NCBI GenBank assembly: GCA_951406725.2
Contig: OX597822.1
Span: 64,976,001-65,040,000, forward strand
Source of the DNA: Octopus vulgaris
Lineage: Eukaryota
DNA: 64,000 nt
Direction of reading: 5' to 3'
Both the position numbers and the translations under genes were made by a program. Under the pieces are notes generated by a model that was not told the origin of the DNA, did no database searches, and saw only the letters and a program-made list of their open reading frames with translations. This document shows positions 26,989-41,528 of this stretch, one piece after another. How positions within the stretch are numbered: the first letter of the stretch is position 1; the number at the start of each line of letters is the position of its first letter.

Positions 26989-28402
26989 CGTGTGTGTGTG
27001 TGTATGTATATGTATGTTTGTTTGTATATACGGTGGATTTTTTTTCAAAAGCCAACATTGGATCTACGTACCATAATTCATATCTGACTCTTTAGATGTC
27101 GATACTATCTCAAACGCACCACATTAGCAGTTACTGTTCGTCAATGTTGTCGAAGCTGGTGCTGCCGGCAGGGTTGGTCTTGGTGTGTTATACTGTCGCG
27201 TATTGTTTTATTATAGTTGATTTGACTTCCTACAACAGTTGACGAAACATGTTCCAAGGAGAAGAGCAATATCTGTTTCTTTTGACTCGGTACACAATGT
27301 GAAAACTTACAATAAGATTAGTTGGTGTTAGGGCGCAGTAAAGTGTGAAGAACTAATGGAAAGTTGTGATGTTTACGCTTTAATAGCTACATCAACGATA
27401 AGATAAATGTGAATTGGGAAAAAAGAAATATTTACATGTAGGCTTGGCTGTGTGGTTAAGAATTTCGCTTGCAACCACACGGCTACAGGTTCAATTCCAG
27501 CGCGCGTCATCTTGACCAATGTCTTCTATTATAGCCCCGTGCCGACCGATGCATGTAAGTAGTAGTAGTAGTATTAATAGTAGTAGTAGTAGTAATAGTA
27601 GTGGTAGTGGTGATGGTGGTGGTAGTAATGGCAGTAGCAGTAGTAGTGGTGACGGTGGTAGTGGTGATGGTGGTGGCAGTCATAGTAGTTGTGGTAGTAC
27701 TTTGTTGTGATGTAGAACTGGGCTAGGGTTATAGAGCCGGCTTGTCATCAAAGGAACCCCAGCCATGTCTCTTTCTTTATACCGATATATTCTGCACTGC
27801 GTCCTCTATTGAAGGGCTTATATGTTATCTAATTCTTCGGGGAAGGGCATCTACTAGAGACACAAATTTCCTTATTTTGTGGTGAGCTAGAGATGTCAGA
27901 AGCAGATTCACTGATTCATTCATCACTGTTCCTGGGTACCGCAGTACATCCACCTGTAAACTAAGTGACGCTTATCACGGATTGATGTGTAAGAACACAG
28001 CCCGGTGGTTTGTCTAAGGTTCTACTCGCACTGCAAAAACGCGTCGCAGCACTCGCCCTAATGCTCAGTTTCCTAAAATGCCCTGACTATCGCTTGTATT
28101 TATTTACATGACAGAGCAGCAAAGATGCGTATTTATAATACGGATTTACTGACTCGTACTCACCAATGAACGACGTGGACGGGTGTATTCTCTACAAGAA
28201 ATGGTTGGGATGATCAAGAATATATGTGACATTGAAAGCTTCACTGGTTGGGGCTGTGAGTTTGGTGCCAATGAATTCTCCGTTCCTTTCAATTTACGAA
28301 GCGCTTGGAAATGATTCATTTAACACTGATTCATTTATTATCGTCTGTTTTCTTTAACTAATCTCCTGTAATAAAGAAGGATATATGTATATATATATAT
28401 AC

Positions 28403-28752
28403 TAATTAAGGACTGAACACGAAAAGTGGACGGTCAACATGCTAGATATAGACGTCAAATCGCCATTCTCCACAAAGATTATGTTCTCAAATCAAACTCA
28501 GCGCAAAACCAAAGCAATAAGCAATAAAAATATACGTATATTTTCACTTGTTTATTGCTTTGGTTTTGTGCTGAGTTTGATTTGAGAACATAATCTTTGT
28601 GGAGAATGGCGATTTGACGTCTATATCTAGCATGTTGACTGTCCACTTTTCGTGTTCAGTCCTTAATTGGTATATATAAATATTTTAATCTTCGGATTAT
28701 TTTTTAATATGCTAGACCACTGGTTTTAATTGATAAATATCAATTTCTACCC

Positions 28753-28758
<6 letters not shown>
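28403..28758 (-). mobile_element. Penelope-like fragment with about 118-bp inverted arms
   Basis: 28403-28521 is the near-exact reverse complement of 28549-28668; same terminal motif as 21440-22030; flanked by (TA)n. Confidence 0.65.
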
Positions 28759-28823
<65 letters not shown>

Positions 28824-28924
28824 CTTTTCCACGTTATATAGAGACTACTTGGCTCAATAACGACACATTTCCTTAGTTGTTAAGTTAGGTTAGGCGAAGT
28901 TTATAGATGTGAACGAACTCATTA

Positions 28925-29262
28925 TTTACTCTTTTACTCGCTTGTTTCAGTCATTTGACTGCGGCCATGCTGGAGCACTGCCTTTAGTCGAAGAAATCGA
29001 CCTCAGGACATATTCTTTGCAAGCCTAGTAATTATTATGTCGGTTTACTTCGCCGAACCGCTAACTGACGGGGACGTAAACACACCAGCATCGGTTGTAA
29101 AGCGATGTTGGTGGGGGGGGGGGGCAAACACAGGTACACAAACACATACATACATACATACATGCTTGCATGCATACATGCATACATACATACATACATA
29201 CATACATACATACATACATGCATACATACATACATACATACATACATACATACATACATACA

Positions 29263-29296
<34 letters not shown>

Positions 29297-29413
29297 CGAC
29301 GGGCTTCTTTCCGTTTCCGTCTACCAAATCCACTCACAAGGCTTTGGTCGGCCCGAAGCTGAACTCGGAACCATGTGGCTGGTAAACAAGCTACTTACCA
29401 CACAGCCACTCCT
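28925..29413 (-). mobile_element. SINE family B with internal (CATA)n
   Basis: Family B head, body and tail. Confidence 0.85.
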
Positions 29414-30178
29414 AACTGGTGTAAGCTTTTTCCTTGTTTTTTTTTCTCATTGTATTCTGTTATGAGCTCATTATTCTGCCAGGGAATTAAACTACGAAGC
29501 TTTGGTTCGCCGTAGATATCCTGACTCACTCCAGATGCATAGCTTGAAGGAGATGCTTTTCGAAGTGACCCAGTAACCTACTGCATTATGGAACACACCG
29601 TCCACCGTTGTTTTAATGGTCTCGGAACAGCATTAATTAATAGTATCAAAAGACAAGGAAAGTGTAAAGCACACATATTTATAGACCCGCATCATCTGCA
29701 CAATAAAGGTCATAATTCTGTTAGGATTTCTCTTTTGTCTGTATGGGCATTAAACTGTCGAATTAATTCAGATAAATTTATGAGGTTACATTCAGCATCC
29801 TACGGTTGCTAGTAAAATGGCGGCAATTCTAAGGGTGTTTTTCTCACCTTGTTCATTTAATTTAATTTTATCAGCCAGCTGCACAGATCATTCCTGTTTC
29901 TATAGTTTCACCGCCAATTATAACACTACAGCCATCCCCGAAAATCACAACCATCTTGAATGCTTGTCATATATCAATGTGTATAGAATTAATGATCAGA
30001 CTCTTATCATTTTTAAGGGTGAGCTAACTCATGGATGGTATATTCTTAGTTTTTCGTTCTCTTCTCTATCTTTCCACTATTTCTCTCTCGATCTACATAT
30101 ACATACATAAGTACGTACATACACATATACATACATGCATGCATACATACATACATATATAGTTACATATATACATGC

Positions 30179-30223
<45 letters not shown>

Positions 30224-30389
30224 GAGAGAGAGAGAGAGAGTAAGAGATACGTATATATATATATATGCATATATGCACATATATACATATATGCATATAT
30301 ACACATATAATTATATGTATATATGTATGTATATATATATATATATATATATATACATGCATATAGACGTATACGTATATGCATAAATG

Positions 30390-30429
<40 letters not shown>

Positions 30430-30460
30430 CATACACATACAAACATATACATACATACAC

Positions 30461-30515
<55 letters not shown>

Positions 30516-30543
30516 CACATACATATATACATACACGGACACG

Positions 30544-30595
<52 letters not shown>

Positions 30596-31492
30596 CATAG
30601 ATACATACATACACTTGTACATATAGGTATATAAATGTGTATAGATATGTGTATATATGAGTGTGTATGAGAGTGTGTGCGCGTGTGTGTGTGTATGTTT
30701 GTGAATGGATGGGCGTATGTGTGTATACATACATAACTAAAATTGTGTTTTTATGTTCACTCATTGTCTGAAGGACGCAGTAGATGCGTTGTGCCAAATA
30801 GTTATTTATTAGAATTTTATTGACAGTGATTTCGAAGTTTCGTGTGTCGGTCATGGCTTATTCAAACCCCTACCGCCACACACAGGCTATGAATTAGCTG
30901 CTAAATTTCTTTGCTAAAATAATAAATTTTCTAAACAAAGCCCACCCACCCACCCACCATCTCACACACTCAAACACGCATATATGTGTATATCTTTCAC
31001 TCTAGTTCTACCTAATAATTATGGACCTTTGAATCCCTTTGGGAGTCACCATTTCAGCTAATCAAAGACGTCAGTCGCCAGCTTGACCTACGTCATCATA
31101 TTTGTACAATAATGGCCCTACATCAACACTTAGAAAGTGTTGGGAGCACGCACGAAATTTGTTTCCATATCGGTGCATTACATACAATTATTTTGTTAAC
31201 CATGGAATAAAGTAACTCTGAAGTCGACTTCCAAATGATTTGATCTCAGTATAAAGAAAGTTATATTGTAAAGCATTCAGCGTTACAGATTCCACCCAAC
31301 TTGTAAATAAAGCATTATGTATGCTATGTATACATTTGTACGTATGTATGTATGTATGTATGTATGTATGTATGTATGTATGTATGTATGTATGTATGTA
31401 TGTACGTACGTACGTACGTATGTATGTCATTATTCAGTTATATTTCAAGATTTCTTGCCACTAGAGAAAGAACCAGTTTCTAAAAATATACG

Positions 31493-31533
<41 letters not shown>

Positions 31534-32411
31534 CTGTGTGTGTGTATGTATGTATGTATGTATGTATGTATGTATGTATGTATGTATGTATGTATGTATG
31601 TATGTATGTATGTATACTTAAAAAGGATCCAATACCTTTCCACCCCTTTAATTTTCAGTGTCTTTGTACTCTGTAAGTTGGACCTTTTTATATAAACAAA
31701 TAAATATGTGTATGTGTGTTTGTATCTGTCGTTGTTCTCCCCCCGCCCCACCATGTCTTGACAACCGGTGTTGGTGTGTGTATGTGCCTCTAACTTAGCG
31801 AATCATCAAAGGAGAGAGAGCTGAAGTGGAACACGAATCAAATTCCTCAGAGAATATACATACACTAGGATCGGTCATCGATTCCTTGTCGGTGAATCAC
31901 AACGGCTTAAAATGACACGTGAGGGTGATTACAACTGTTCCTATACCTGTACGGCTGGAAGTCAGTACTTGCTGCAAAATCTTCGGAGTGTGCTCCAAAG
32001 CGCTCCACCATCACCAATTACACACTTCTGAAGACACAAAATGACATCTGATTCGTGGTACACTGTGCATTTGTACAGACAACTTTGATTTGAAAGAGGA
32101 AGGGAGTGACTGTACAGCGCATACTTTTGATCCTTGTAAACAAATCGTCTGCCCAGCAAGAAATTGCAGAAGCGTCTTCCTCGGACATTGCATTTTTTAT
32201 TGGCAAATATCAATAACTACTACTCTCACTACTTCACTGGTTGGGTAATGTGATCTTAGATGGTGGACACTTCTGTTCATTTCGATATGTTATCATCTAT
32301 TTTGTCCTTCATCCAGGCAGGTTTCTCGTTGAATAAGGGTGTAAAATCGTTGAGTATCCCAAAGATAAGTGGACGCATAACGTGATTTCTTAGACAGAAA
32401 CAGCTAACGTA

Positions 32412-33640
32412 CGAGGGTCGGCAGAAAATTTCATAGCCTGACCAAAATACTCTCATGGAATATGACCAAATGAGGTTTTATTTTTATCATGGGTCCTTTT
32501 GCGGTCTGCACATTTCTTCCAGCGGTGTTTAAGTACCTGGATCCCATTGGTGAAGAACCTTTCATCCTGTTGGTCGAAAAAGCCATCAACAGCAGATATG
32601 ACTTCATCATCACTGCAATTTTGGTCCCTTGGCAAGTGTTTTTCAAGGTTGGGGAACAAATCAGTAGAATAGGGTTGTTGATCAACCTGTTCAAAGCCAC
32701 AATTACATTGGAACATTGTCCTGATGAAAGAAGGCCTCCTTTGTCAATTATCCTGGTCGTTTGGCCTTGGTAGCCTTTCGTAACTACCTGAGTAACTTGG
32801 CTTAGTACTTTCCATTGATAGTGTGGCCCTTTTGAAACAATCCATTAAACACAATGCCTTTTTTGCATCCCAGTAAACTGAGACCATCACTTTCCCTGTA
32901 GATTAAATGCCGTTGGCCTACTTTGGAGTAGGTGAGAATGGGTGTTTGCACTGTATTGATTGCCTCTTTGTCTCTGGTTCAATGAGATAAAGCTAACATT
33001 CACCCTGGCTTAGGAAACGTTCAAGGAAGCCAGCTGGATCTGCCTTAAACATCGTCAGATTTGCCCGTGATATGATAAGCCTGATGCTCTTTTGATCAGT
33101 TGTCAGAAGGCGTGGCACCCATCGTTATGCCAAGTTCGTTGTTCAGAATATTCTCAACTCTCTGGACATGATATGCTAAGAGCATTGACCATTTGTTTTA
33201 GAGTCAGTCACCTGTCATCCATCACTATGTGGTGAACACGATCAATGTTTTCCACAGTGGTGGCTGTTGCAGGACATCTAGAACTCGGAGTCGTCTTCAA
33301 GTTTCTCCCTTCTCTTTCTGAATTCAACTGCCCACGTTTGCACTGGTGATAAAACCAAAGCGTCATCCCCTAATGTAACAACCACGTCAGCATGAATTTC
33401 CTTGGAGTCTAAACCCTTTTTCTGCAGGTACTTGGTAATCCCATGGCACCAAATTACGCTCAATTTCAAGAGAAGTCACTGCTAGTTACTTCTGAAATCT
33501 TTGAACTGTCAGATGTCAGTTAGTCTGGCAGAAAATAATGCAGTTAATAATAATACGGGTTGAAATTAATGTATGCAAAGTTTCACAGCTTTAGCATTAA
33601 TCTTTCATAGTCAGCCTATCAACATTTCAGCCCACCCTCA
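32412..33640 (-). mobile_element. Decayed full-length mariner transposon (about 1.23 kb)
   Basis: TIRs cgagggtcggcagaaaatttcatagcctgac / gtcagcctatcaacatttcagcccaccctca; left TA; HTH remnant ITKYLQKKGLDSKEIHADV...VQTWAVEFRK and C-terminal PYSTD...LFPNLEKHL...GIQVLKHRWKKC; many stops. Confidence 0.9.
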
Positions 33641-33999
33641 TTTATGTGACAAGGCTGGAGTTATAAATTACTCGGGGAGTGAATACCAGCGGCTATGACT
33701 CAACTTTTTATTTAATGGCTTTTGTGACAAGAAGACAGGAGACCGTCTTCATACCAGAGACATGGCCAGAGTAAACTCTGCTGAAGGCACCTAACGATCA
33801 GAAGGCATTAAACTAGGTGAAATATTACTTCTACAAGTAAAACCTTCAAACACATACTCTTGGAAGATAACACTACCAGTGCTTGATATATTAGAAATAA
33901 GTGCCAAATTTCACTCTAAACAGATCCAGCGTGTATATAAATGGGAAGGACGCATTAAATGGAGGAGACCTAGATACACCTAAAAAGACAGTACAGTAA

Positions 34000-34301
34000 T
34001 CTCTCGCCATATCGACCAGGCTATCAGATGTTGCTACACATCGCTGGACACAGTGCGCTTCGCATTGTTTTAGCCTTCAATGACGCCACCCCGCTGGCTA
34101 AGCGAGCAGGCCAACAGAAGAAAGAGTGAGAGAAAGTTGTGGCGAAAGAGTACAGCAGGGACCGCCACCACCCCCTGCCGGAGCCTTGTGGAGCTTTAGG
34201 TGTTTTCGCTCAATAAACACTCACAACGCCCGGTCTGGGAATCGAAACCGCGATCCTACAACCGCGAGTCCGTTGCCCTAACTACTGGGCCATAGCGCCT
34301 C

Positions 34302-34305
<4 letters not shown>
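34000..34305 (-). mobile_element. SINE family C, near full length
   Basis: tRNA-like head gtggaggcgctatggcccagtagttagggc...tttcgattccc on the minus strand. Confidence 0.85.
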
Positions 34306-34390
<85 letters not shown>

Positions 34391-34782
34391 ATATGCATAT
34401 AGTGTGGAGGACCCTTTCCTGTTATTCTTCTTTACATAGCAATTAGAACCCTTCCCTCCCCTTCAAAATGGCCCTTCCACTGCCTCTTACCAATAATAAT
34501 CCTAAGATTAGAAACCGCGGCTCTGGTTAAAAATGCTAAGATATAAAATTTCAGTAGCAACGAGACCTTTTGATGTCTTTAATCTTCCGGGTTAGTAAGA
34601 GATAATCCTTAATTCCTACAAAGTTAATGTATTTAGCTAAATATTATCTCTTCAAAATTGAGCTAGGTCAAGCCTTAGTTATCTATGCAATATTTGCTCC
34701 GTTTCTCGATCTTTTGTATTTGCTTATCGTTGCGAATTATCACTGTGTCTGTAAACGTATGTGCGCAATTGTGTGAATAAAG

Positions 34783-34845
<63 letters not shown>

Positions 34846-35211
34846 CTTGTATGCAAATTATGGGTTAAGAGTCAGAATGTCCGTAGCTGATACAGCAAGC
34901 ATTAAATCCCCTCGAAGTAGCTGAAACGAACTAGTTTCTCCGTGGTTGCTTTGGTTACAATTGCAACGCAACGCATTTGGTGTTGTGTATGCTATGTTAG
35001 CAAAAGAAAGACGCCTGCTAGTGAGTGGCCCAAAATGATCTGGATGGACATTTAGGGGTTGTATCAAGGTTTTTTAGATCTGCACACTATAACAATCCAC
35101 ACACACACACACACGCACACACACACACACACACATAAACACACGAGTCAGACTTCTACACATGCGCTGGAGTTCTGCCCACAGATACTCGGACACATAG
35201 CTCAAACATTT

Positions 35212-35244
<33 letters not shown>

Positions 35245-35519
35245 CACACACACAGACAAACGCATACACGCACACACACACGCTGGTGAAGCGTTTACAC
35301 GCCACACACATATACTCGCTAGTGTTCTCCCTTCCCATACATATCTCCATCCACACACTCCACAACACGCAAGTACATTCAAATACACATCTTTCTCTCA
35401 CACACACGCATATACAAACGCATACACACACACATGTACACATACACGCACACACGACCACACACGCAAACACACACCCATACACATAGACACACATTCA
35501 CACACACACACACACACAC

Positions 35520-35566
<47 letters not shown>

Positions 35567-35877
35567 CAAACAGGCTCTACTCAACCTTCTTCACCTTTAA
35601 AAGCGTAACATTTCAATGGAAATGTCACCCGCGAATAAATACGATAATACTGGAATCCCCTAAACCCTTTCATGTCTATCAACACGTCAACGTCTCAACA
35701 CTTGCTAAGGACCTGTCAAACGTAGAAAATAAAAACAAAACAAAACGAGAACCTACGTCATAAAGCCGCCCCCGCCCCTAATATTAATTTCGACTATCCC
35801 ACATTTGACCTTCTTAAATCCAGTTTAAACCCTTTTGTTTTCCCCAAATCTCTCCCTCACTGTCAACCTCTTTACAG

Positions 35878-35934
35878 ACCCTCACTAGAAAGGCTCAGGT
35901 GTCCCTTTAGGCTGGTAACAGTCTTAACAAAGGA
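35878..35934 (+). CDS. Candidate 57-nt cassette exon (PSLERLRCPFRLVTVLTK)
   Basis: Strong pyrimidine tract ending ctttacAG; donor GTAGGT at 35935 (alternative GTAACA at 35915); open only in phase 2; donor lies within a long-range duplex. Confidence 0.4.
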
Positions 35935-35985
35935 GTAGGTTTCTCTTTCACTTTGACGAGTTATAGACACCCCACCTTGTTGCCG

Positions 35986-36017
<32 letters not shown>

Positions 36018-36410
36018 GCTGCTGTCGCTGTGATGACATCAGGTAATGAAGTACCACGTTGTTAAAAGTTTCATTTGTGATTTGTAAAGATTGAAACGTT
36101 TCAAGTTTGATTACACGTTGGATGTTTCTACCTTGGACAGACGAAACCATATAAAAGGTCGATTATTGTTGCTGTTGTTGGCGTTGTGGTTGCTTTTACC
36201 GCTACCGTAACAATCATTGTCTGAGTCTCAGTTGAATTTTAAGATATCGCAGCCATGAAAATTTTCAGCAGTGTATATAATATATATAATATAATATAAT
36301 ATAATATAATTTAATATAATATAGTGTAATATATTTATATATATTATATATCTTTGGAGATATATATATATAATATACTATAGATATAAATATGCATATA
36401 TGCATACATA

Positions 36411-36453
<43 letters not shown>

Positions 36454-36647
36454 TATATGATTGAATGGCACACATCCATTTCCAAGTAAGTTTATCTTAT
36501 ACACACACACACACACACACGCACATATTTATATATATACATTTATATATATATATAGAGAGAGAGATTCATATGAATATGGTACTTAGGTTGAGGCACC
36601 AGAATTTAGCACGGTATTATCCATACAATTTCGAAATAAGGTGATTA

Positions 36648-36757
36648 AAATCAAAATAAACAACAAGGATATCCAGAGGTAAAGCAGTACGATCGTTAAA
36701 ACGTTTTAACGATCGTACTGCACTATTTCTGGATATCCTTGTTGCTTATTTTGATTT
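36648..36757. repeat. Spacer-less palindrome with about 55-bp arms (probably a Penelope inverted end)
   Basis: ...gcagtacgatcgttaaaac|gttttaacgatcgtactgc... centred at 36702/36703. Confidence 0.8.
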
Positions 36758-36769
36758 ATATATATATAT

Positions 36770-36849
<80 letters not shown>

Positions 36850-37081
36850 ATATATAATTTCAATACGGAGCAAATAATTCAGGACAAAATATTTGCTATA
36901 ATGCCAGTCCAGAAACCGGTCCACGTGAGTCCAAATACATCAATGTACGTTGAGAGATTGTCTTAGCCCGTTTGTCCGCAGACGGTTGATTTCAGTAGTT
37001 ATCATTAGTATTTTTCGGCGATTTAAATAAGAGCTTTGACTTATTTCCAGCAGGTTGACATACTTAGTATGTCCTTTGATT

Positions 37082-37140
37082 AATGGCAACTATGGGAGTG
37101 TCTATAACTCGTTAAAATGAAATAGAACCCTACTCCTTTG
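37082..37140 (+). promoter_or_regulatory. Long-range complement of the 35928-35987 exon-end/donor region
   Basis: 37098-37140 pairs with 35928-35970 (40/43); 37082-37090 pairs with 35979-35987. Confidence 0.55.
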
Positions 37141-37221
37141 ATGTTTATACGTTTAAAAGTTCCCAAGCGCAGGTTTGGTTGCATGTACCAACTACATGTG
37201 TGTGTGTATATGGTTGTGTGT

Positions 37222-37405
37222 CTGTTTCAATTAAGCTTAAAGATTAAAATAGCAATTATTAAATCATTGTATTAGGCAAAATCTTATACCAGATGTACAA
37301 AAGTGCTGTGTATTGAATCTAAGCCTCTGATGAGATTTTGCCTAATATAAGGATTTAATAATTGCTAATTTATTCTTCAAGTTTCATTGAAACAGCTGTA
37401 AGAGA
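37222..37405 (+). mobile_element. Inverted-repeat Penelope-like end carrying a hammerhead motif
   Basis: CTGATGA (37327) ... GAAAcagctGTA (37389-37400) with palindromic acagctgt; 37222-37293 is an imperfect inverted copy. Confidence 0.55.
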
Positions 37406-37479
37406 ATATGTTGGATTTTTTGAAGATAATAGATTTTTACTAAGTGCTATTTCTCCATATTCTTAATTTTCTGTGATAC

Positions 37480-37539
<60 letters not shown>

Positions 37540-38294
37540 TCGGAAATGGATGCGTTCAATTAAATAGTAAATAATATACACATATTTTTTTTTCTTTTAT
37601 TCTTTTACTTCCATCAGTTTTTTGACTGCGTCCATGCTGGAGCACCACCTTGGCAGATTTTAGTCGAGCAAAAACGACCCCTGAACTTATTTTTTAAGCC
37701 TAGTAATTATTCTATCAGTCTCTTTTGGTGAACCGCCAAATTACGGGAACCGAAATACGTCAACATCACTTGTCAAGCGATGATGGAGAGGCAATTCAGA
37801 AAGACAGGCAGATACACACACATACACGTATATACGACGAACTTCCTTCAGTTTCCGTCTACCAAATCCACCCACAATGATTTTGTCGACTCGAGGCTAT
37901 AGCAGAAGTGAACCCAGAACCATGTGGTCGGGAAACAAACGTTTTACCACACAGCCATGCCTAGATAATTTTCCTGCATCTCTTCACAACCACAAGCATT
38001 CACATTTACGCTTCTATGTGTGAAATTCATTCATCTACTTCTATCTCCATACTCACAAGTACAACAGTAAGCATGCCTCTATTGAAATATGCAAACACGT
38101 CGTCCATACATATACGTATACATATAAATAATACATACCTGTACATTTAAATAGCCTCATTAGTCATTAGTAAATAGATTGTGGAGCTAACGTAGATGAA
38201 GTGTTGTTCAGACTTAGGAGAACTTAGATTTGCTTGCTTGTTACCCAATACAAACATAAAGGAATAATTCTCCTTCTATGCCCTAGAATATACT

Positions 38295-38553
38295 CTTTTT
38301 AGTCCTTTACTCTCTCTTTTACTCTTTTACTTGTTTCTGTCACTTGACTGTGGCCATGCTGGAGTACTGTCTTTAGTCGAGCAAATCGACCCCAGGACTT
38401 ATTCTTAGGAAGCCTAGTACTTATTCTATCGGTCTCTTTTGCCGAACCGCTAAGTTACGGGGACGTAAACACACCACCATCGGTTGTCAAGTGATGTTGG
38501 GGTGACAAACACAGACACACAAACATATACACATACATACATACATACATACA

Positions 38554-38589
<36 letters not shown>

Positions 38590-38601
38590 TATATGTATAT
38601 A

Positions 38602-38647
<46 letters not shown>

Positions 38648-38817
38648 CATATATACGACGGGCTTCTCTCAGTTTCCGTCTACCAAATCCACTCACAAAG
38701 GCTTTGGTCGGCCCGAGGCTATAGTAGAAGACACTTGTGCCCAAGGTGCCACGCAGTGGGACTGAACCCGGAGCCATGTGATTCGTAAGCAAGCTACTTA
38801 CCACACAGCCACTCCTG
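38295..38817 (-). mobile_element. SINE family B, full length
   Basis: Intact head aggagtggctgtgtggtaag...gggttcagtccc (reverse complement), internal microsatellite, tail. Confidence 0.9.
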
Positions 38818-39314
38818 ACATTGCACCGAGTGAAAAATGAAACGATTTCGCGCGAACTGAATAACTCCTCTGTGTACATATTGATACGCATGCGAATTAT
38901 AAATTTCTGAGCATTCAAAATATCGACATATAAACGCCTGTATATTTGTGTAAGTGTCGTACTTACTCGTTCGTATACACTTCGTAAATTATGTATGAAT
39001 CTATATGATTATATCTATATCTATATCTATATATATGTATATCAGCGCACGCGTGTGTGTATATGTGTGGTTTTATCGATTGGTTTACCGCTTTTAATTA
39101 GGAAATAGCACGGATATTTACATACCATTTGTGTGAATGAGTGTGTGTATGTGTGTTTAACTGTTTGTAATTTGTATGCATTTTACTTGAAACCAATAAA
39201 TCTTTAAGATTGTCTGTCTGTCTGTGTGTATGTATGTATATATATATATATATATATGCACACACACACACACACACTTATATATGATTATATTAATATA
39301 TATGTACATGTTTA

Positions 39315-39360
<46 letters not shown>

Positions 39361-39404
39361 CAAATATGAATATGTGTGTATATATATATGCATATATATA
39401 TTAT

Positions 39405-39658
39405 TTTATTCTTTCGTTTGTTTCAGTGGTTTGACTGTGGCCATACTGGAGCATTGACTTTAGTCGAACAAATCGACCCCACGATATATTCTTTGTAAGC
39501 CTCGTACTTCTTGTATGGGTCTCTTTTGCCGAACTGCTAAGTTAAGGGGACGTAAACACTATCATCGTTTGTCAAGTGGTGGTTGGGGACAAACATAGAG
39601 ATAGAAACACACAGACACACGCACAAACACAGACACAGACACACACACACATACAAAC

Positions 39659-39694
<36 letters not shown>

Positions 39695-40098
39695 TTATTT
39701 ATTTTTTTTTTTTTGTACTTGTTTCAGTCATTTGACTGCGGCCATGCTGGAGCACCGCCTTTAGAGTGGTGAAAGAGTACAGCAGGGATCACCACCATCC
39801 CCTGCCGGAGCCTCGTGGAACTTTTAGGTGTTTTCGCTCAATAAACACACACAACGCCCGGTCTGGGAATCGAAACCGCGATCCTCCGACCGCAAGTCCG
39901 CTGCCCTAACCACTGGGCCATATATATATATATACGACGAGCTTCTTTCAGTCAATGTCTACCGAATCCACTCACAAGCCTTTGGTTGGCCCAAGGCTTA
40001 CAGTAGAAGACACTAGCCCAAGGTGCTACGCAATGGGACGGAACCTGGACCATGTGATTGGTAAGCAAGCTACTCGTCACACAGCCTCTCCTGCGCCT
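39405..40098 (-). mobile_element. SINE family B with nested B-tail and family C fragments
   Basis: B tail and body 39405-39600; a second B tail plus C head 39715-39920; B head 39935-40098. Confidence 0.7.
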
Positions 40099-40242
40099 AT
40101 TATATATATATAAACATTTAGATAGATAGGTAGATAGACAGATGTAAGCCTATGTGTATGCATTTATGCAACCCACACATACATACATACATACATACAC
40201 ACATGCATGTAATGCATACATACATGCATACATGCATACGCA

Positions 40243-40278
<36 letters not shown>

Positions 40279-40374
40279 TATATATATATACACATACATG
40301 CATATACATACATGATATGAATGTACAATCAAATCCGTTTAAAATAAAACATGTACACTTACTATAAATTTTCA

Positions 40375-40798
40375 GGGGTACATTAGGTTGTGAACCTAGG
40401 AATTTAACCAAAATACCTAGAAATACTAAGTTTTCCCAAGAAAGAGCAAAAGAAACTCACGCGGATTCTCCAAATCCAATCTGTTAGCAGCACGGTGATG
40501 CTATGTAAGATATTCCAAAAATTCTCCATCTGAGCTGATTTAGGAGAACAGATGCACACACTTGGGTCTATGCTTCGACAGCTCCACCAACACACCAACT
40601 CAACCACAGATTTAAAACACCGGGAGGCCTTTAAACTCAAGACTTCTAGTCACTTTGTTAGCGACCGGCTTCAAGTCTCTTAAGAAGAACTTAAATAAAA
40701 TTCTAAGCAAGCACACATACATACAGACATACATACATACATACATACATACATACATACATACATACATACATACATACATACATACATACATACAT
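40375..40798 (+). mobile_element. 3' end of an RLE-type (R4/Dong-like) LINE with (CATA)n tail
   Basis: GTLGCEPRNL../YLEILSFPKKEQKKLTRILQIQSVSSTVMLCKIFQKF* resembles the C-terminus at 42060-42195; then UTR, aataaa and (CATA)n. Confidence 0.6.
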
Positions 40799-41467
40799 GA
40801 TGGCTGCCCCTTGTTATCGAGTATGGCCATTGCACGAAGCTTAACTGTTATTGGTGCTGTGATCGAATGTGACTTTTATTTGCTTTTTAAGGCTACAGCC
40901 AGCCATTCAGTTGAGACTCACAGCACTATCAACAATCATGAACGATGTTGTTATCGTGCAATGCCTGTGCAAGAAGATTTTTTTAAAGTGAGGAAAGGCT
41001 GTGCACTGAATCAATCCCACTCACTAAGCAACAGCAGCCATAATCCGAAGAGAAGAACAAGTCAACATCATCGTTATCCACTGAGCCGCAGGTTTTATGT
41101 CGGAGTTATCCCAGTTACCTGAGTTACCTTCTCCTAGAAGGATGCCTTAACTAAGGCTAGGAGTCCTTCACTCCCAATGGTTTAACCGCGCGATCGGGTA
41201 TTCAGTCCGATTATTTCTATGTCCCCGCGCATGATACAGCCTTAAGCCTAAGGAAAAAAGAAATTACACATTTATTGGATAGCCGTTGACTCTCAAGAGT
41301 TCCTCCGCCCTTTGACGGGTTTTGTTTTTCATCTCGCAGGGTGTCCAATAAACACCCTCCTCACCAAACAAGCTTGGTGGGGTTGCCGGTTTAGTCGCCG
41401 ACGACCCGACCATGCAACAGGTTGTACTGGGTTACATATTACCAGTCGCTCTCGAAAGTGACCTGAC
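40799..41467 (-). mobile_element. Non-autonomous RTE-like element inserted in (CATA)n
   Basis: GC-richer non-coding block flanked by (CATA)n on both sides; ggggttgccggtttagtcgccgacgacc resembles RTE 5' UTR sequence (from recall). Confidence 0.4.
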
Positions 41468-41528
41468 ATACATACATACATACATACATACATACATACA
41501 TACATACATACATACATACATACATACG

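Noticed and set aside
31962-32213. Overlapping minus-strand ORFs next to the mariner
   Set aside because: No recognisable motif; outside the TIRs; probably old transposon debris.
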